Source: Candidatus Omnitrophota bacterium
GTDB lineage: Bacteria > Omnitrophota > Gorgyraeia > Zapsychrales > JANLHA01
Length of the DNA: 64,000 nt
Reading direction: 5' to 3'
NCBI GenBank assembly: GCA_029560465.1
Contig: JAKQKX010000016.1
Span: 141,093 to 205,092 of the forward strand
Every line of letters starts with the position of its first letter. Position 1 is the stretch's first letter. Under the pieces are notes generated by a model. It did no database searches. It saw nothing but the letters and a program-made list of their open reading frames with translations, and had not been told where the DNA came from. This document shows positions 27,887 to 37,520 of this stretch, in pieces. The position numbers and the translations under genes were made by a program.

Positions 27887-28783
27887 ATGAGTGAAGAAAA
27901 AAACGTGATGAGCCCTCCAACTTTTGAGAATAAGTCATTGCCGGGACGCTGGTGCCGAGCGGCCATCCTCGCGCTGTCGGTCCTTGGATTCGCGGTGACC
28001 GCCTTTGCCGGCACGGTATACGTCACATACGTGACAGATAACAACGCGCAGGTTTTGAGCGAGCCGTCAAGCGCCGGGAGCGTCTTGTACACTCCACCCC
28101 TATTCGGCGTGCTTGAGGTGGTGGAGTATGAATCGCAGGCTGACTGGCTTCAGGTGGTTACTCCGGGAGGAGAAAAGGGCTGGATCCTCAGGTCTTCCGT
28201 CCTGTTTCAGGAGGGCGGAACGGGCGACCCCTCATCTGCGAAGAAGGGCGTGGTCGACCGCGCGTTCGCTAAGCAGGAAATACTGAAGTGGTGGCAGACA
28301 ACAGGCAAGAATGCGACGCCGGTATGTGATATCTGCAACGCCCGGGTGCCCCAGGACACTGGCTACATGCTGACCACCCAGCAGGTGCTGGGATCCAGGG
28401 CGTATCATGAAATGTTGAAGAGCCGGGCGCCGGGCACGTATAGTCAGATGATCGAGCGGTTCGAGCACGACCCTACCCCATGGTGCATCTGCGAAAAGTG
28501 CATCGAGCAGTACTTTATGGATGTGCCGGGTTCGTCCAATCCGGACGAGTTATCGAAAGCTCTTCAGGCTAACAAAGATTTGCGTAAGCGTACCCTTGAG
28601 GCTGTCAGGAGTCAGTATACGATGGAACAGGTGCGGGAAAGAATGAGTAGCGGCCAAATATGGCTGGTTGAAGACGCTGCTCACCCGGGGACTGTTTATC
28701 CCATCACCCCCGGAATAGATGGATGGATTTTGGAGGAGCTTGAAGCCGAGCAACTTTCTGCGCCGGCAGGTTCCGGACAATAG
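27887..28783 (+). CDS. Membrane-anchored/secreted protein with bacterial SH3 (SH3b)-like domain, Cys-rich C-terminal region
   Basis: TM/signal segment then AQVLSEPSSAGSVLYTPPLFGVLEVVEYESQADWLQVVTPGGEKGWI is an SH3b-like pattern. CxxC pairs occur later. Confidence 0.45.
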   Translation: MSEEKNVMSPPTFENKSLPGRWCRAAILALSVLGFAVTAFAGTVYVTYVTDNNAQVLSEPSSAGSVLYTPPLFGVLEVVEYESQADWLQVVTPGGEKGWILRSSVLFQEGGTGDPSSAKKGVVDRAFAKQEILKWWQTTGKNATPVCDICNARVPQDTGYMLTTQQVLGSRAYHEMLKSRAPGTYSQMIERFEHDPTPWCICEKCIEQYFMDVPGSSNPDELSKALQANKDLRKRTLEAVRSQYTMEQVRERMSSGQIWLVEDAAHPGTVYPITPGIDGWILEELEAEQLSAPAGSGQ

Positions 28784-28867
28784 TTGAGTGTCTCTGCTTC
28801 TGATGGAGCCTTTTTTAGCGTGAAGATAAGAGTGAAGATTGCTGAGTCCGTCGGGCAAATTCAGAGC

Positions 28868-29287
28868 TTATTCCCCGATGATTTTTACCAGGACTCGTTT
28901 CTTGCGGCGGCCGTCGAACTCGCCGTAAAAGATTTGTTCCCAGGGGCCGAGGTCCAATTTTCCTCGCGTGACGGCCAGGAGGGACTCCCTGCCCATCAAC
29001 TGGCGTTTTAGATGGGCGTCCGCGTTGTCTTCCCCGGTGTCGTTGTGCCGGTACTGTTCAACAGGGGCGTGGGGGGCCAACGTTTCCAGCAGTTTGTCAA
29101 AATCATGGATGAGCCCCTGTTCGTCATCGTTCACGAAGACCGACGCGGTTATATGCATCGGGTTCACTAAACAAAGCCCCTCTTGGATGCCGCTTTTATC
29201 AATGACCTTTTGGACTTCCGGGGTAATGTTAATGTATTCCCTGCGAGTTTTGGTGTTAAACCAAAGTTCTTCTTTGTGTGACTTCAT
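28868..29287 (-). CDS. YjbQ/UPF0047 family protein (second paralog)
   Basis: Start at [46 protein letters not shown] is a YjbQ signature. Confidence 0.75.
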   Translation of the reverse strand: MKSHKEELWFNTKTRREYINITPEVQKVIDKSGIQEGLCLVNPMHITASVFVNDDEQGLIHDFDKLLETLAPHAPVEQYRHNDTGEDNADAHLKRQLMGRESLLAVTRGKLDLGPWEQIFYGEFDGRRKKRVLVKIIGE

Positions 29288-29657
29288 CGGAAGCCTCCTG
29301 CTCTGCCCTGAAGAGGCGCGCGTTTGTTGTGAGTGTTTGAAATCGGTTTTTATGGTTTTGAGCAGCGTCGCCGGCGGATTGCTGCCTGGCGAACGATGTT
29401 GACGCATGATATTATATCCCCGCCACGGGTGTTCTGCCAGCATTTTTGATTCATGTTCAGGTTGCCCTGGCGCGTGAATTTATGATATTCCCTGCTTTTC
29501 TTCGGGACAGAAGCAGGGTAGAATAGGAAATCAGGGGTTCTGCCCCGGGCATGCCTGGGGAAAGGCCGTTTTATTCCTGCTTGTTATAAGGCGCGGGCCG
29601 GTTATAATCCTGGAAAACGTGCGGTTTGGCATTGAAAGCTGATAAAAGGAGGCGCTT

Positions 29658-30794
29658 ATGTTTCATCGCCGTATCCTGATCGTGGAAGACGATCTTCAGA
29701 TTGGAGTGCTGGTGAGCGAGTTGTTCAAGGACCGCAATTTTGACGTGGATCTGGCCCGGACCGGGCAGGAGGCGATCGAACTGATTAAATTGCATCCGGA
29801 TATTATTCTGCTGGACCGCAATCTCCCTGATATGGAAGGGCTGGATATCTGCCGGATGATCAGAGGGGACAAACGGTTCCGGGGCATCCCGATTATTATT
29901 GTCAGCGGCCGGGATACCAGCCAGGATAAAATTCAGGGGTTGTACGTCGGGGCCGATGATTATATCACCAAGCCTTTTCTCCCCGCCGAACTGGTGGCCC
30001 GGGTTGACGTGATCCTCCGGCGCGTGCGCTTCGCGGAGCAGCTTGAAGAAGAGCGGGAATCGTTGATCGCGGAGCTGGACAAAATTATGCGGGAAGACCT
30101 GGTCACGATCTTTTTCCAGCCTATTTTCCTTTTCCGGTCCCGGCAGCCTATCGGGTTCGAGGTCTTGAGCCGGCCCCCGCAGGATAGCCGGCTGAATAAT
30201 CCGGAGTTTCTTTTTAAACTGGCTTTATCCTGCGGGAAGTATTTTGAGCTGGAAATGTACTGTTGGAAAAAAGCTTTTTCCCAATGGAAACAATCGGGGC
30301 GTCCTGAAAAACTTTTTTTAAACTGCAGCCCTTACTTGATTGAGTGCGGCGATTTTAACCGGGATATTTTAGAAAAGGCCGGGATTCATCCCCGGAACAT
30401 CGTCATGGAACTGACGGAGCGGATCGCCATCAACGATTATGGCTATTTTTACAATAAACTGAGCGAGTTTAAGGACATGGATATCCAGATCGCGGTTGAT
30501 GATGTCGGGTGCGGATATGCTAGTTTGAATATGGTCGCGGAAATTAAGCCTGACTTTTTGAAGATCGATGCCTCCCTTGTGCGCTCCATTGAAAAAGACC
30601 TCCTTAAACAGGACATTGTCGAGGCGGTCATCCAGTTTTCTTCTAAAAATGGAATGACGACCATCGCGGAAGGGATAGAGACAGCAACGGAAATGAGCCA
30701 GGTCCAGTTTCTTGGGGTTGATGCCGGCCAAGGGTATTTTCTAGCCAGGCCCAGCGGGTCTCTGGAAATCCTTGGCATGTCGGCAGGAGTCTGA
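29658..30794 (+). CDS. Response regulator with REC receiver and EAL (c-di-GMP phosphodiesterase) domains
   Basis: REC motifs (ILIVEDD, DIILLD, KPF). The EAL domain carries EVLSR(P), QIAVDDVGCGYASL and KIDASLV motifs. Confidence 0.8.
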   Translation: MFHRRILIVEDDLQIGVLVSELFKDRNFDVDLARTGQEAIELIKLHPDIILLDRNLPDMEGLDICRMIRGDKRFRGIPIIIVSGRDTSQDKIQGLYVGADDYITKPFLPAELVARVDVILRRVRFAEQLEEERESLIAELDKIMREDLVTIFFQPIFLFRSRQPIGFEVLSRPPQDSRLNNPEFLFKLALSCGKYFELEMYCWKKAFSQWKQSGRPEKLFLNCSPYLIECGDFNRDILEKAGIHPRNIVMELTERIAINDYGYFYNKLSEFKDMDIQIAVDDVGCGYASLNMVAEIKPDFLKIDASLVRSIEKDLLKQDIVEAVIQFSSKNGMTTIAEGIETATEMSQVQFLGVDAGQGYFLARPSGSLEILGMSAGV

Positions 30795-30931
30795 TGACGG
30801 TGGGGCGGGTGTGTGCTGGCCGTTGCGACCCCCTGCGATCCTTGGCGACCGCATTTTCGCGCCTCACGCCGCTTTCAGTCCGGCCCTGACATGGGATTGG
30901 TGTTTCCCCTTTTCTATCCGAAGGCCTTGTC

Positions 30932-30959
30932 TTGCAAAATTATTTTTGCCTGTTATAAT
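30932..30959 (+). promoter_or_regulatory. Putative sigma70 promoter (TTGCAA-16-TATAAT)
   Basis: Near-consensus hexamers lie about 70 nt upstream of the PfkB-kinase start. Confidence 0.45.
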
Positions 30960-31028
30960 ACTTCGATTCCAAAGCAGGGGGGCTTTTAAACCTAAAATGA
31001 AACACTCTTCTTTATAAGGAGCCCGTTT

Positions 31029-31940
31029 ATGAGTCTTCTGGTTTTAGGCACGGTGGCGCTGGATAATATTAAAACTCCGGCCGGGATTAAAAAAGATTTG
31101 TTGGGCGGGTCTGCTGCCCATTTCGCGATGAGCGCGCGGCTTTTTACCGACGTGCATCTGGTCGCCATTATCGGCAGGGATTTCCCCAAACGGCATATTC
31201 AGTTTTTGCGCGAGAAAGGCATTGATCTGACGTCGCTGCAAACGGGGGATGGAAAAAGTTTTCGCTGGGAAGGGGAGTATAAGAAGGAAGATTTGAACTC
31301 CGCCTTAACGCTGGCCACCGAGCTGGGGGTTCTGACGGGGTTCCAGCCGGCCGTGGCCGCGCATCAGCGTTCGATCCGGAATGTCTTTTTGGCTAATATT
31401 GATCCGGATATTCAAATGGGCCTGTTAAAAGCCATGCGCACCCCCGGACTGGTGGGCTTGGACAGCATGAATCTTTGGATCACGCATAAATTGGGATCTT
31501 TAAAAGTTTTGATGAAGGAGGTTGACCTTTTTGTCGCCAACGACGGGGAAGCCCGGGCGATCAGCGGGGAGACGAATCTGATACAGGCGGCCCGCTCTTT
31601 ACGCAAGCTCGGGCCACGATGGATTGTCGTTAAGAAAGGGGAACACGGGGTCCTGTTTTATTGCGATCAATTTATGTTTTCTTTCCCGGCTTATCCTGTC
31701 GACCGCGTCGTTGATCCGACAGGCGCTGGGGACACGTTCGCCGGCGGCTTGATGGGATATTTGTGCAAGGCGAGGAAAGTCAACGAAAACACCCTTAAGA
31801 AGGCGGTTATTTACGCGACCACCATAGCGTCTTTTAATGTGGAAGGGTTCGGGATGGCCAAGACCGCTCCGTTGACCATGGCCGCTGTTCATCAGCGCAT
31901 GCGGACTTTTTTGAAGTTTATGCATCCTGGGCGTGGTTAG
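31029..31940 (+). CDS. PfkB-family carbohydrate/nucleoside kinase
   Basis: DPTGAGDTFAGGLMGYL anion-hole/ATP motif near the C-terminus and a GG dipeptide near the N-terminus. Confidence 0.75.
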   Translation: MSLLVLGTVALDNIKTPAGIKKDLLGGSAAHFAMSARLFTDVHLVAIIGRDFPKRHIQFLREKGIDLTSLQTGDGKSFRWEGEYKKEDLNSALTLATELGVLTGFQPAVAAHQRSIRNVFLANIDPDIQMGLLKAMRTPGLVGLDSMNLWITHKLGSLKVLMKEVDLFVANDGEARAISGETNLIQAARSLRKLGPRWIVVKKGEHGVLFYCDQFMFSFPAYPVDRVVDPTGAGDTFAGGLMGYLCKARKVNENTLKKAVIYATTIASFNVEGFGMAKTAPLTMAAVHQRMRTFLKFMHPGRG

Positions 31941-31983
31941 GGGACGATTCTGTTCTATGCGGAAGAAAGGCGGGTTGAAGCGG

Positions 31984-32253
31984 ATGGAATTGGGGCTTAT
32001 TGAAAAAGTGGGGTTAGTCGCGGCGGTGGCGTTGCCGCTTTGGAATATCCCTCTGATATTAAAGATTATCCGCCGGCGGTCGTCAGGAGACATCAGCCTG
32101 GCTTGGGCGCTGGGGGTTTGGGTTTGCATCCTTTTTATGGCGCCCTCAGGATTCCGGTCGGAAGATATTGTCTGGAGGACGTTTAATATTATTAATTGCG
32201 CATTGTTCACCGGGGTGGTCATCGTAACGTTTAAATACAGACATGGCACGTAA
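31984..32253 (+). CDS. Small 3-TM membrane protein (PQ-loop/SemiSWEET- or LAB_N-like)
   Basis: About 90 aa with three hydrophobic helices. Start uncertain (31933, 31957 or 31984). Confidence 0.35.
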   Translation: MELGLIEKVGLVAAVALPLWNIPLILKIIRRRSSGDISLAWALGVWVCILFMAPSGFRSEDIVWRTFNIINCALFTGVVIVTFKYRHGT

Positions 32254-33208
32254 ATTAAAAAAAACACAGCCGCCGGAGGCCCCGGTGGCACTGGAGCCCT
32301 CTCAGCCGCTGTCCCGTTGCGGGACCGTGTCGATTGTGGGCCGCCCGAATGTGGGGAAGTCCACCTTGCTGAATCATGTCGTGGGGGAGAAGGTGTCCAT
32401 TGTGTCCCAGGTCCCGCAGACGACCCGGAATCAGATCCGCGGCATTTATACGGAAGAACGGGGGCAAATTGTATTTATTGACACCCCCGGGATCCATAAA
32501 AATAAAGACAAGTTAGACCAATTCATGAACAAGGCCGCGACGATTGAGACGGATTGCGTCATTCATCTGGTGGATTGCGGCGATCCGGTCGGGCCCGAGG
32601 AGGAAACCGTTGTCCGGAAATTGGCCTCGCTGACGGTTCCGGTGGTGCTGGGGTTAAACAAGGTCGACATAACCGATAAATTTATCCCGGAGTATATCTC
32701 TTTATGGGAGAAGGTGACGGAGAAGCCGGTCACACAACTGGAACGTTTTGTGATTTTGCCGCTGTCTGGGAAAACGGGGATGAACACCGAGAAGCTGTTG
32801 GATGCCCTGTTTGAGCTCCTGCCTCCCGGGCCTGCGCTTTACCCCGCGGACGTGGTGTGCGATATCCCGCAGCGCATGGCCGTCGCGGATATCATCCGCG
32901 AAAAGTTTTTTCAGATCATGCGCCAGGAGGTCCCCCATGCTCTGGCAGTCTTGATTGAAGACATGCAGCCCAAGCGGAACAAGGTGGTCCATATCCGGGC
33001 GCTGGTTTTAGTGGAGAGGGAGTCCCAAAAAAATATCGTCATCGGGAAGAATGGAAATATCCTCAAGGAAGTGGGGACCTTGGCCCGTCAGGAATTAGAG
33101 GATTTGATGGATGGAAAGGTTTTTCTGGAGTTGTTTGTGAAAAGTAAACGCAACTGGCGTCAGGATTATTCCCTCCTGGTTGAAATGGGGTATTACGAAA
33201 ATTTTTGA
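32243..33208 (+). CDS. era: GTPase Era
   Basis: G1 motif GRPNVGKST, G3 motif DTPG, NKVD, and a C-terminal KH domain. 321 aa. Confidence 0.9.
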   Translation: MARKLKKTQPPEAPVALEPSQPLSRCGTVSIVGRPNVGKSTLLNHVVGEKVSIVSQVPQTTRNQIRGIYTEERGQIVFIDTPGIHKNKDKLDQFMNKAATIETDCVIHLVDCGDPVGPEEETVVRKLASLTVPVVLGLNKVDITDKFIPEYISLWEKVTEKPVTQLERFVILPLSGKTGMNTEKLLDALFELLPPGPALYPADVVCDIPQRMAVADIIREKFFQIMRQEVPHALAVLIEDMQPKRNKVVHIRALVLVERESQKNIVIGKNGNILKEVGTLARQELEDLMDGKVFLELFVKSKRNWRQDYSLLVEMGYYENF

Positions 33209-33421
33209 AATCCTCCTGTCCGGATCCTGAAATTTTTTGATTTTTTCCCCCAATCCCCCGTCTTTTGGCTTATACTGAACCTGTATTTGTCTTGATTGTC
33301 CTGCTCGTGTTGGCGTATCCTTTTAAATTTATAAGCGCGTGGTGATCCTGTCCGTTTCGCATGTGGGGCGCATGTTTTTGAGCCTATATGCGGTTTTATT
33401 TTAGGAGCATATTTTTGTGCG

Positions 33422-34108
33422 ATGATGAAATCCGCGGAAATTGAAAAAGCGTTGAGTGTCCGTGAGATTCAGGCGTTGGACCGCAAGGCGATTGAGCGCT
33501 GTGGTATCCCGTCGCTGGCATTGATGGAGAACGCGGGCAAGGCGGTAGCCGTTGAATCGGTGCGCCTGCTTAAAACTGTTTCCCGCCCGCGCGTTGTGGC
33601 CGTCTGCGGGCTCGGGAATAACGCGGGGGACGGCTTTGTGGCCGCCCGCCATCTGCTGAATGCCGGGGTTCCGGTCAAAGTGTTTGTTGTCGGAAGCGTC
33701 AGCCAATTAAAAAACGACGCGGCTGTGTATGCCCGGGTTTTAAAGAACTGCAGATATCCGGTGGTGGAAATTCGGGGCGTGACGCCGGATTTTAGAAAGA
33801 ATCTTCGGGGCGCGGACCTTGTTGTTGACGCGATTTTCGGAGTGGGGCTGAACCGGGCCATAACGGGATTGTTCGCGGATGTTATTTCCGCTTTGAATGA
33901 ATCGCGGAAGAATATCCTTGCTGTCGATATCCCTTCCGGGCTCGACGGGACGACAGGGGATGTTTACGGCGCCTGTGTTAAAGCCCGTGAAACAGTGACT
34001 TTTGCCGTTATGAAAAAAGGTTTTTTAAATAAGGCGGCGGCCCGATGGACAGGGAGGGTGATTGTCGCAGATATCGGTATCCCCAGAAAATTGTGGGTGA
34101 ACACTTAA
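33422..34108 (+). CDS. nnrE: NAD(P)H-hydrate epimerase (YjeF N-terminal domain)
   Basis: CGLGNNAGDGFVAARHL motif. 228 aa with no C-terminal dehydratase domain. Confidence 0.8.
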   Translation: MMKSAEIEKALSVREIQALDRKAIERCGIPSLALMENAGKAVAVESVRLLKTVSRPRVVAVCGLGNNAGDGFVAARHLLNAGVPVKVFVVGSVSQLKNDAAVYARVLKNCRYPVVEIRGVTPDFRKNLRGADLVVDAIFGVGLNRAITGLFADVISALNESRKNILAVDIPSGLDGTTGDVYGACVKARETVTFAVMKKGFLNKAAARWTGRVIVADIGIPRKLWVNT

Positions 34109-34111
34109 AGC

Positions 34112-34774
34112 ATGCCCGTTACAAACCGTAACATTCATCGGGTGATCGCTTTGATCCGGCGGGCCATGAAGGACATGCCCGACCCATCGGTCACTCTGGT
34201 CGGAAAAAAATGGCAGGACCCGTATTTGGTCCTGATCTCCTGTTTGTTGAGTCTGCGCACGAAAGACGAAACCACCTTGCCGGCGGCTGAGCGCCTGTTT
34301 AAGCTGGCCAGCACTCCCCGGGGAATGGCCGGATTGGAGGTCAAGGCCATTGAGGACGCCATTTATCCGGTGGGATTTTACCGGACCAAGGCCCGGACTG
34401 TCCGGGGGGTTAGCCGCGATATCCTGGAGAGGTTTCATGGGGAGGTCCCGCGCACTTTGGAGGACCTGATGTCTTTTAAAGGAGTCGGGCGCAAAACCGC
34501 TAATTTGGTCTTGATCGAAGGCTTTCATATCCCGGCGATGTGCGTGGATACCCACGTTCACCGGATCTCAAACCGGTTCGGATACGTGAAAACGCGGGAC
34601 CCGCATCAGACCGAGTGGGCTTTGAGAAAAAAATTGCCCAAGCCTTATTGGACGGATTATAATGCGTTGCTCGTCACTTGGGGACAGAATATTTGCAAGC
34701 CGGTGTCTCCCTTGTGCTCGCAGTGTCCGGTTAATCATTTTTGCGCCCGGGAGGGCGTGACAAAAAGCCGTTAA
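34112..34774 (+). CDS. nth: Endonuclease III (HhH-GPD DNA glycosylase with 4Fe-4S cluster loop)
   Basis: LMSFKGVGRKTANLVL is the HhH-GPD motif. C-x6-C-x2-C-x5-C lies at the C-terminus. Confidence 0.9.
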   Translation: MPVTNRNIHRVIALIRRAMKDMPDPSVTLVGKKWQDPYLVLISCLLSLRTKDETTLPAAERLFKLASTPRGMAGLEVKAIEDAIYPVGFYRTKARTVRGVSRDILERFHGEVPRTLEDLMSFKGVGRKTANLVLIEGFHIPAMCVDTHVHRISNRFGYVKTRDPHQTEWALRKKLPKPYWTDYNALLVTWGQNICKPVSPLCSQCPVNHFCAREGVTKSR

Positions 34775-34776
34775 GG

Positions 34777-36135
34777 ATGTGTGCCGTGGAAAAAAGCAAG
34801 TCCCTTATCGCGCCGCAAATTCTGGAAATTTTGCAGGCGGAGAATAAAGACCAAAAGCTGCGGGATTTTTTTTCTGACATGCACCCTTATGATATTTTTG
34901 TGCTTTGCGAGGATCTGGGCGATGCCGAGATCACGGAATGCATCAAAGCCTTGGGCGTGCCGCATGGGATTGATGTCTTTGAATATTTTGATGACGACCG
35001 CCGGGAGGAAATCTTTAATTGTTTTTCCAGGGAATGGATGGCGGATATCCTTGAGGAGATGGACCCCGATGACCGCGCGGATTTCGTGAAGTTCCTCCCT
35101 AAGGCTAAGCGGGAGGAAATCCTGCCGCTCGTGGCCAGGGCGGAGCGCTTGGATATCAAGAAGCTGATCGAATATAAGGAAGGGACCGCCGGGTCGATTC
35201 TTACCACCGATTACGCGTTTTTGCCGCCGGATATCACGGTCAGGGACGCTATTGAAAAAATCAAGCAGCAGGCTTTTGACCGGGAAACGATCTATTACAT
35301 TTATGTGATCGACAGCGAGAGGAAGCTCCTCGGCTTTGTGACTTTGAAGGATATGATTGTCGCCCCTTCTCATAAGATGGTGGCGGACATCATGCTTCGG
35401 AACCTTATCAGTGCCAACGTCAATGAAGACAAGGAGGAGGTGGCTAAAAAACTCAATGATTATGATTTCTTGGCTATCCCGATTGTCAATGACTTGAACC
35501 AACTGGTGGGGATCGTGACGGTTGACGACGTGGTGGACGTTGTGATTGAGGAGACGACCGAGGATATATATAAATACGGCGCGGCCGGGGAATATATCGA
35601 TTATTTAAAAGCCAACTCATTTCATGTCGCGAAGCAGCGGGTCATCTGGCTGATGCTTTTGGTTTTCGTCGGGTTTGTTTCTGCGTGGGTCCTGGAGCGG
35701 AACGCCGATTTGATCGAGCGGGTGGTGGCCTTGAGTTTTTTCACCACGCTGTTGCTAGGCGCCGGGGGCAACGCGGGAACTCAGTCGTCGACGGTCGTGA
35801 TCCGTGGGATGGCGACCGGGAGCATTAATTTAAGTGATTTGCAAGACGTGATCCGGAAAGAATTGAGCGTCGGAATCATGGTAGGGGCTTTTATGGCGGT
35901 TCTTGTTTCCCTGCGCGCATTGTTTATCACACACGGGGACCCGAGGCTAGGGATCACGGTGGGGATCGCCATGATCGCCAACGTGTGCCTCGCGACCACG
36001 CTCGGAGCCGTGTTGCCGATGATGTTTAAAAAAGTGAAACTGGACCCAGCGCTCATGTCCGGGCCGTTCATTACCAGTATCGTGGATGTTTTTTCGTTGT
36101 TAATTTATTTTAAGATCGCCATGTGGGTGTTTTAA
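34777..36135 (+). CDS. mgtE: Magnesium transporter MgtE
   Basis: MgtE N-domain, tandem CBS domains and a C-terminal 5-TM MgtE domain (GNAGTQSS, PFITSIVD). Confidence 0.85.
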   Translation: MCAVEKSKSLIAPQILEILQAENKDQKLRDFFSDMHPYDIFVLCEDLGDAEITECIKALGVPHGIDVFEYFDDDRREEIFNCFSREWMADILEEMDPDDRADFVKFLPKAKREEILPLVARAERLDIKKLIEYKEGTAGSILTTDYAFLPPDITVRDAIEKIKQQAFDRETIYYIYVIDSERKLLGFVTLKDMIVAPSHKMVADIMLRNLISANVNEDKEEVAKKLNDYDFLAIPIVNDLNQLVGIVTVDDVVDVVIEETTEDIYKYGAAGEYIDYLKANSFHVAKQRVIWLMLLVFVGFVSAWVLERNADLIERVVALSFFTTLLLGAGGNAGTQSSTVVIRGMATGSINLSDLQDVIRKELSVGIMVGAFMAVLVSLRALFITHGDPRLGITVGIAMIANVCLATTLGAVLPMMFKKVKLDPALMSGPFITSIVDVFSLLIYFKIAMWVF

Positions 36136-36414
36136 CGTTTTGAAACAGCTGTGAGCTTTTCTCGTCATGAAAATGCATTTTAAAGGGGCGCGGCGCGATT
36201 TTTTGCGGGAGGCCGCTGCGACGGCTTTAAAAATTTATGGCAAGAATACTTGACATGCCCATACAGGTATGATAACACCTAATTAGATTTGTATGAAAAA
36301 GGAATTAAATATGTTGAGCTGGCAACTTGAAAGGCGTGAGCAGGAAAATATCATTTGTGCTTTTCATTAGGGTTTGTCCCGGGAGGATTTCCCCTTGACT
36401 ATAAAGACTTAAAG

Positions 36415-36462
36415 ACAGGAATCTGAAAAAAGTGGCGGTTCCTGTTTTTTTTTGTGAATACA
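36415..36462 (+). promoter_or_regulatory. Leader hairpin (ACAGGAA...TTCCTGT) followed by T9, immediately upstream of the ATP-grasp/kamA operon RBS; putative attenuator/riboswitch terminator
   Basis: 7-bp stem, 17-nt loop, then TTTTTTTTT. It lies within a 340-nt untranslated leader. Confidence 0.4.
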
Positions 36463-36477
36463 AGGAAGAGGAGCGTT

Positions 36478-37500
36478 ATGAAAGTTGGCTTCACATACGA
36501 TTTGAAATCTGATTGGGTGCGGACATCCGGGGACCCACGGGATGCCAGTGCGGAATATGACACACCGCAAACGATTGATGCGGTTGCCGGGGCGTTGGCC
36601 TCTGAAGGGCATGAGGTTTTGCGGATCGGCAATCTGCGGCAGTTGCTGGATGGCTTGGACACGTTAGACGTGGATCTGGTGTTTAATATTTGTGAGGGCA
36701 TCCGGGGCCGCAACCGGGAATCCCAGGTTCCGGTTCTGCTGGAGGCCCGCGATATTCCTTATGTGGGCTCTGACGGGCTGACGATGGCTCTGACCCTGGA
36801 CAAGGTGATGGCTAAAAAGTGTTTCCTGGCGGACGGGATCCTGACACCCCGGTCTTGGGTCGCCCATCAAGCCACGGATATCCCGGAGGCATGCCTGAGT
36901 CATTTCCCGCTCTTTGTCAAGGCTTCTGCGGAAGGGTCCTCGAAAAGTTTAAACGCGGCTTCCCGGGTGGAAAACAGGGAAGACCTCATTAGGCAGGTTG
37001 ATTTTGTTTCTTCAAGATATCATCAGCCCGTTTTGATCGAGGAATTTATCCAGGGGCAAGAATTCACCGTGGCTGTGTTGGGGAATAATCCACCCCAGGC
37101 CGCGCCGGTTGTTCAGGTAAGCATTGGCGATGGAGAGGATTTGGGCGACCGGTTTTTTACTTATGATATGGTTGTGGATGAAGATATTTTGACGTACCTT
37201 TGCCCGGCGCGAATACCGGCGGATCTGGCGCGGACGATCCAGGATTTGGCCATCAGGGCGTTTCAGTCCGTCGGTTGCCGTGATTTCGGCCGGGTCGATT
37301 TCCGGGTTGACCGTGACGGAACGCCTTATGCGCTGGAAGTTAATCCCTTGCCTTCCCTGGGGATGAATGACGTGTTTAATGTCTTTCCCCAAGCGATGGG
37401 GATAACATACGATGCCGTTATTCAGCGTATCCTGCGCTTTGCCTTGGAACGTTACGGGATGGTTAGCCCGGTTGGAAACGAAAGGATTGTGACCATATAA
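36478..37500 (+). CDS. D-alanine--D-alanine ligase family ATP-grasp enzyme (divergent N-terminal domain)
   Basis: C-terminal ATP-grasp motifs align with Ddl (LFVKASAEGSSKS, VLIEEFIQGQEFTVAVLG, GCRDFGRVDFRVD, ALEVNPLPSLG). The N-terminus lacks the canonical Ddl motif. Confidence 0.7.
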   Translation: MKVGFTYDLKSDWVRTSGDPRDASAEYDTPQTIDAVAGALASEGHEVLRIGNLRQLLDGLDTLDVDLVFNICEGIRGRNRESQVPVLLEARDIPYVGSDGLTMALTLDKVMAKKCFLADGILTPRSWVAHQATDIPEACLSHFPLFVKASAEGSSKSLNAASRVENREDLIRQVDFVSSRYHQPVLIEEFIQGQEFTVAVLGNNPPQAAPVVQVSIGDGEDLGDRFFTYDMVVDEDILTYLCPARIPADLARTIQDLAIRAFQSVGCRDFGRVDFRVDRDGTPYALEVNPLPSLGMNDVFNVFPQAMGITYDAVIQRILRFALERYGMVSPVGNERIVTI

Positions 37501-37520
37501 TGACGAACGAAAGATAGAGC

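Noticed and set aside
29482-29511. Strong hairpin CCCTGCTTTTCT-tcggga-cAGAAGCAGGG as a terminator
   Set aside because: It lies upstream of both divergent genes (YjbQ on - and REC-EAL on +) and has no U-tract on either strand. It may be a regulatory structure but there is no support for termination.
36252-36280. TTGACA-17-TAACAC promoter in the kamA-operon leader
   Set aside because: Good -35 but a poor -10 hexamer. Mentioned within the leader finding rather than as a feature.
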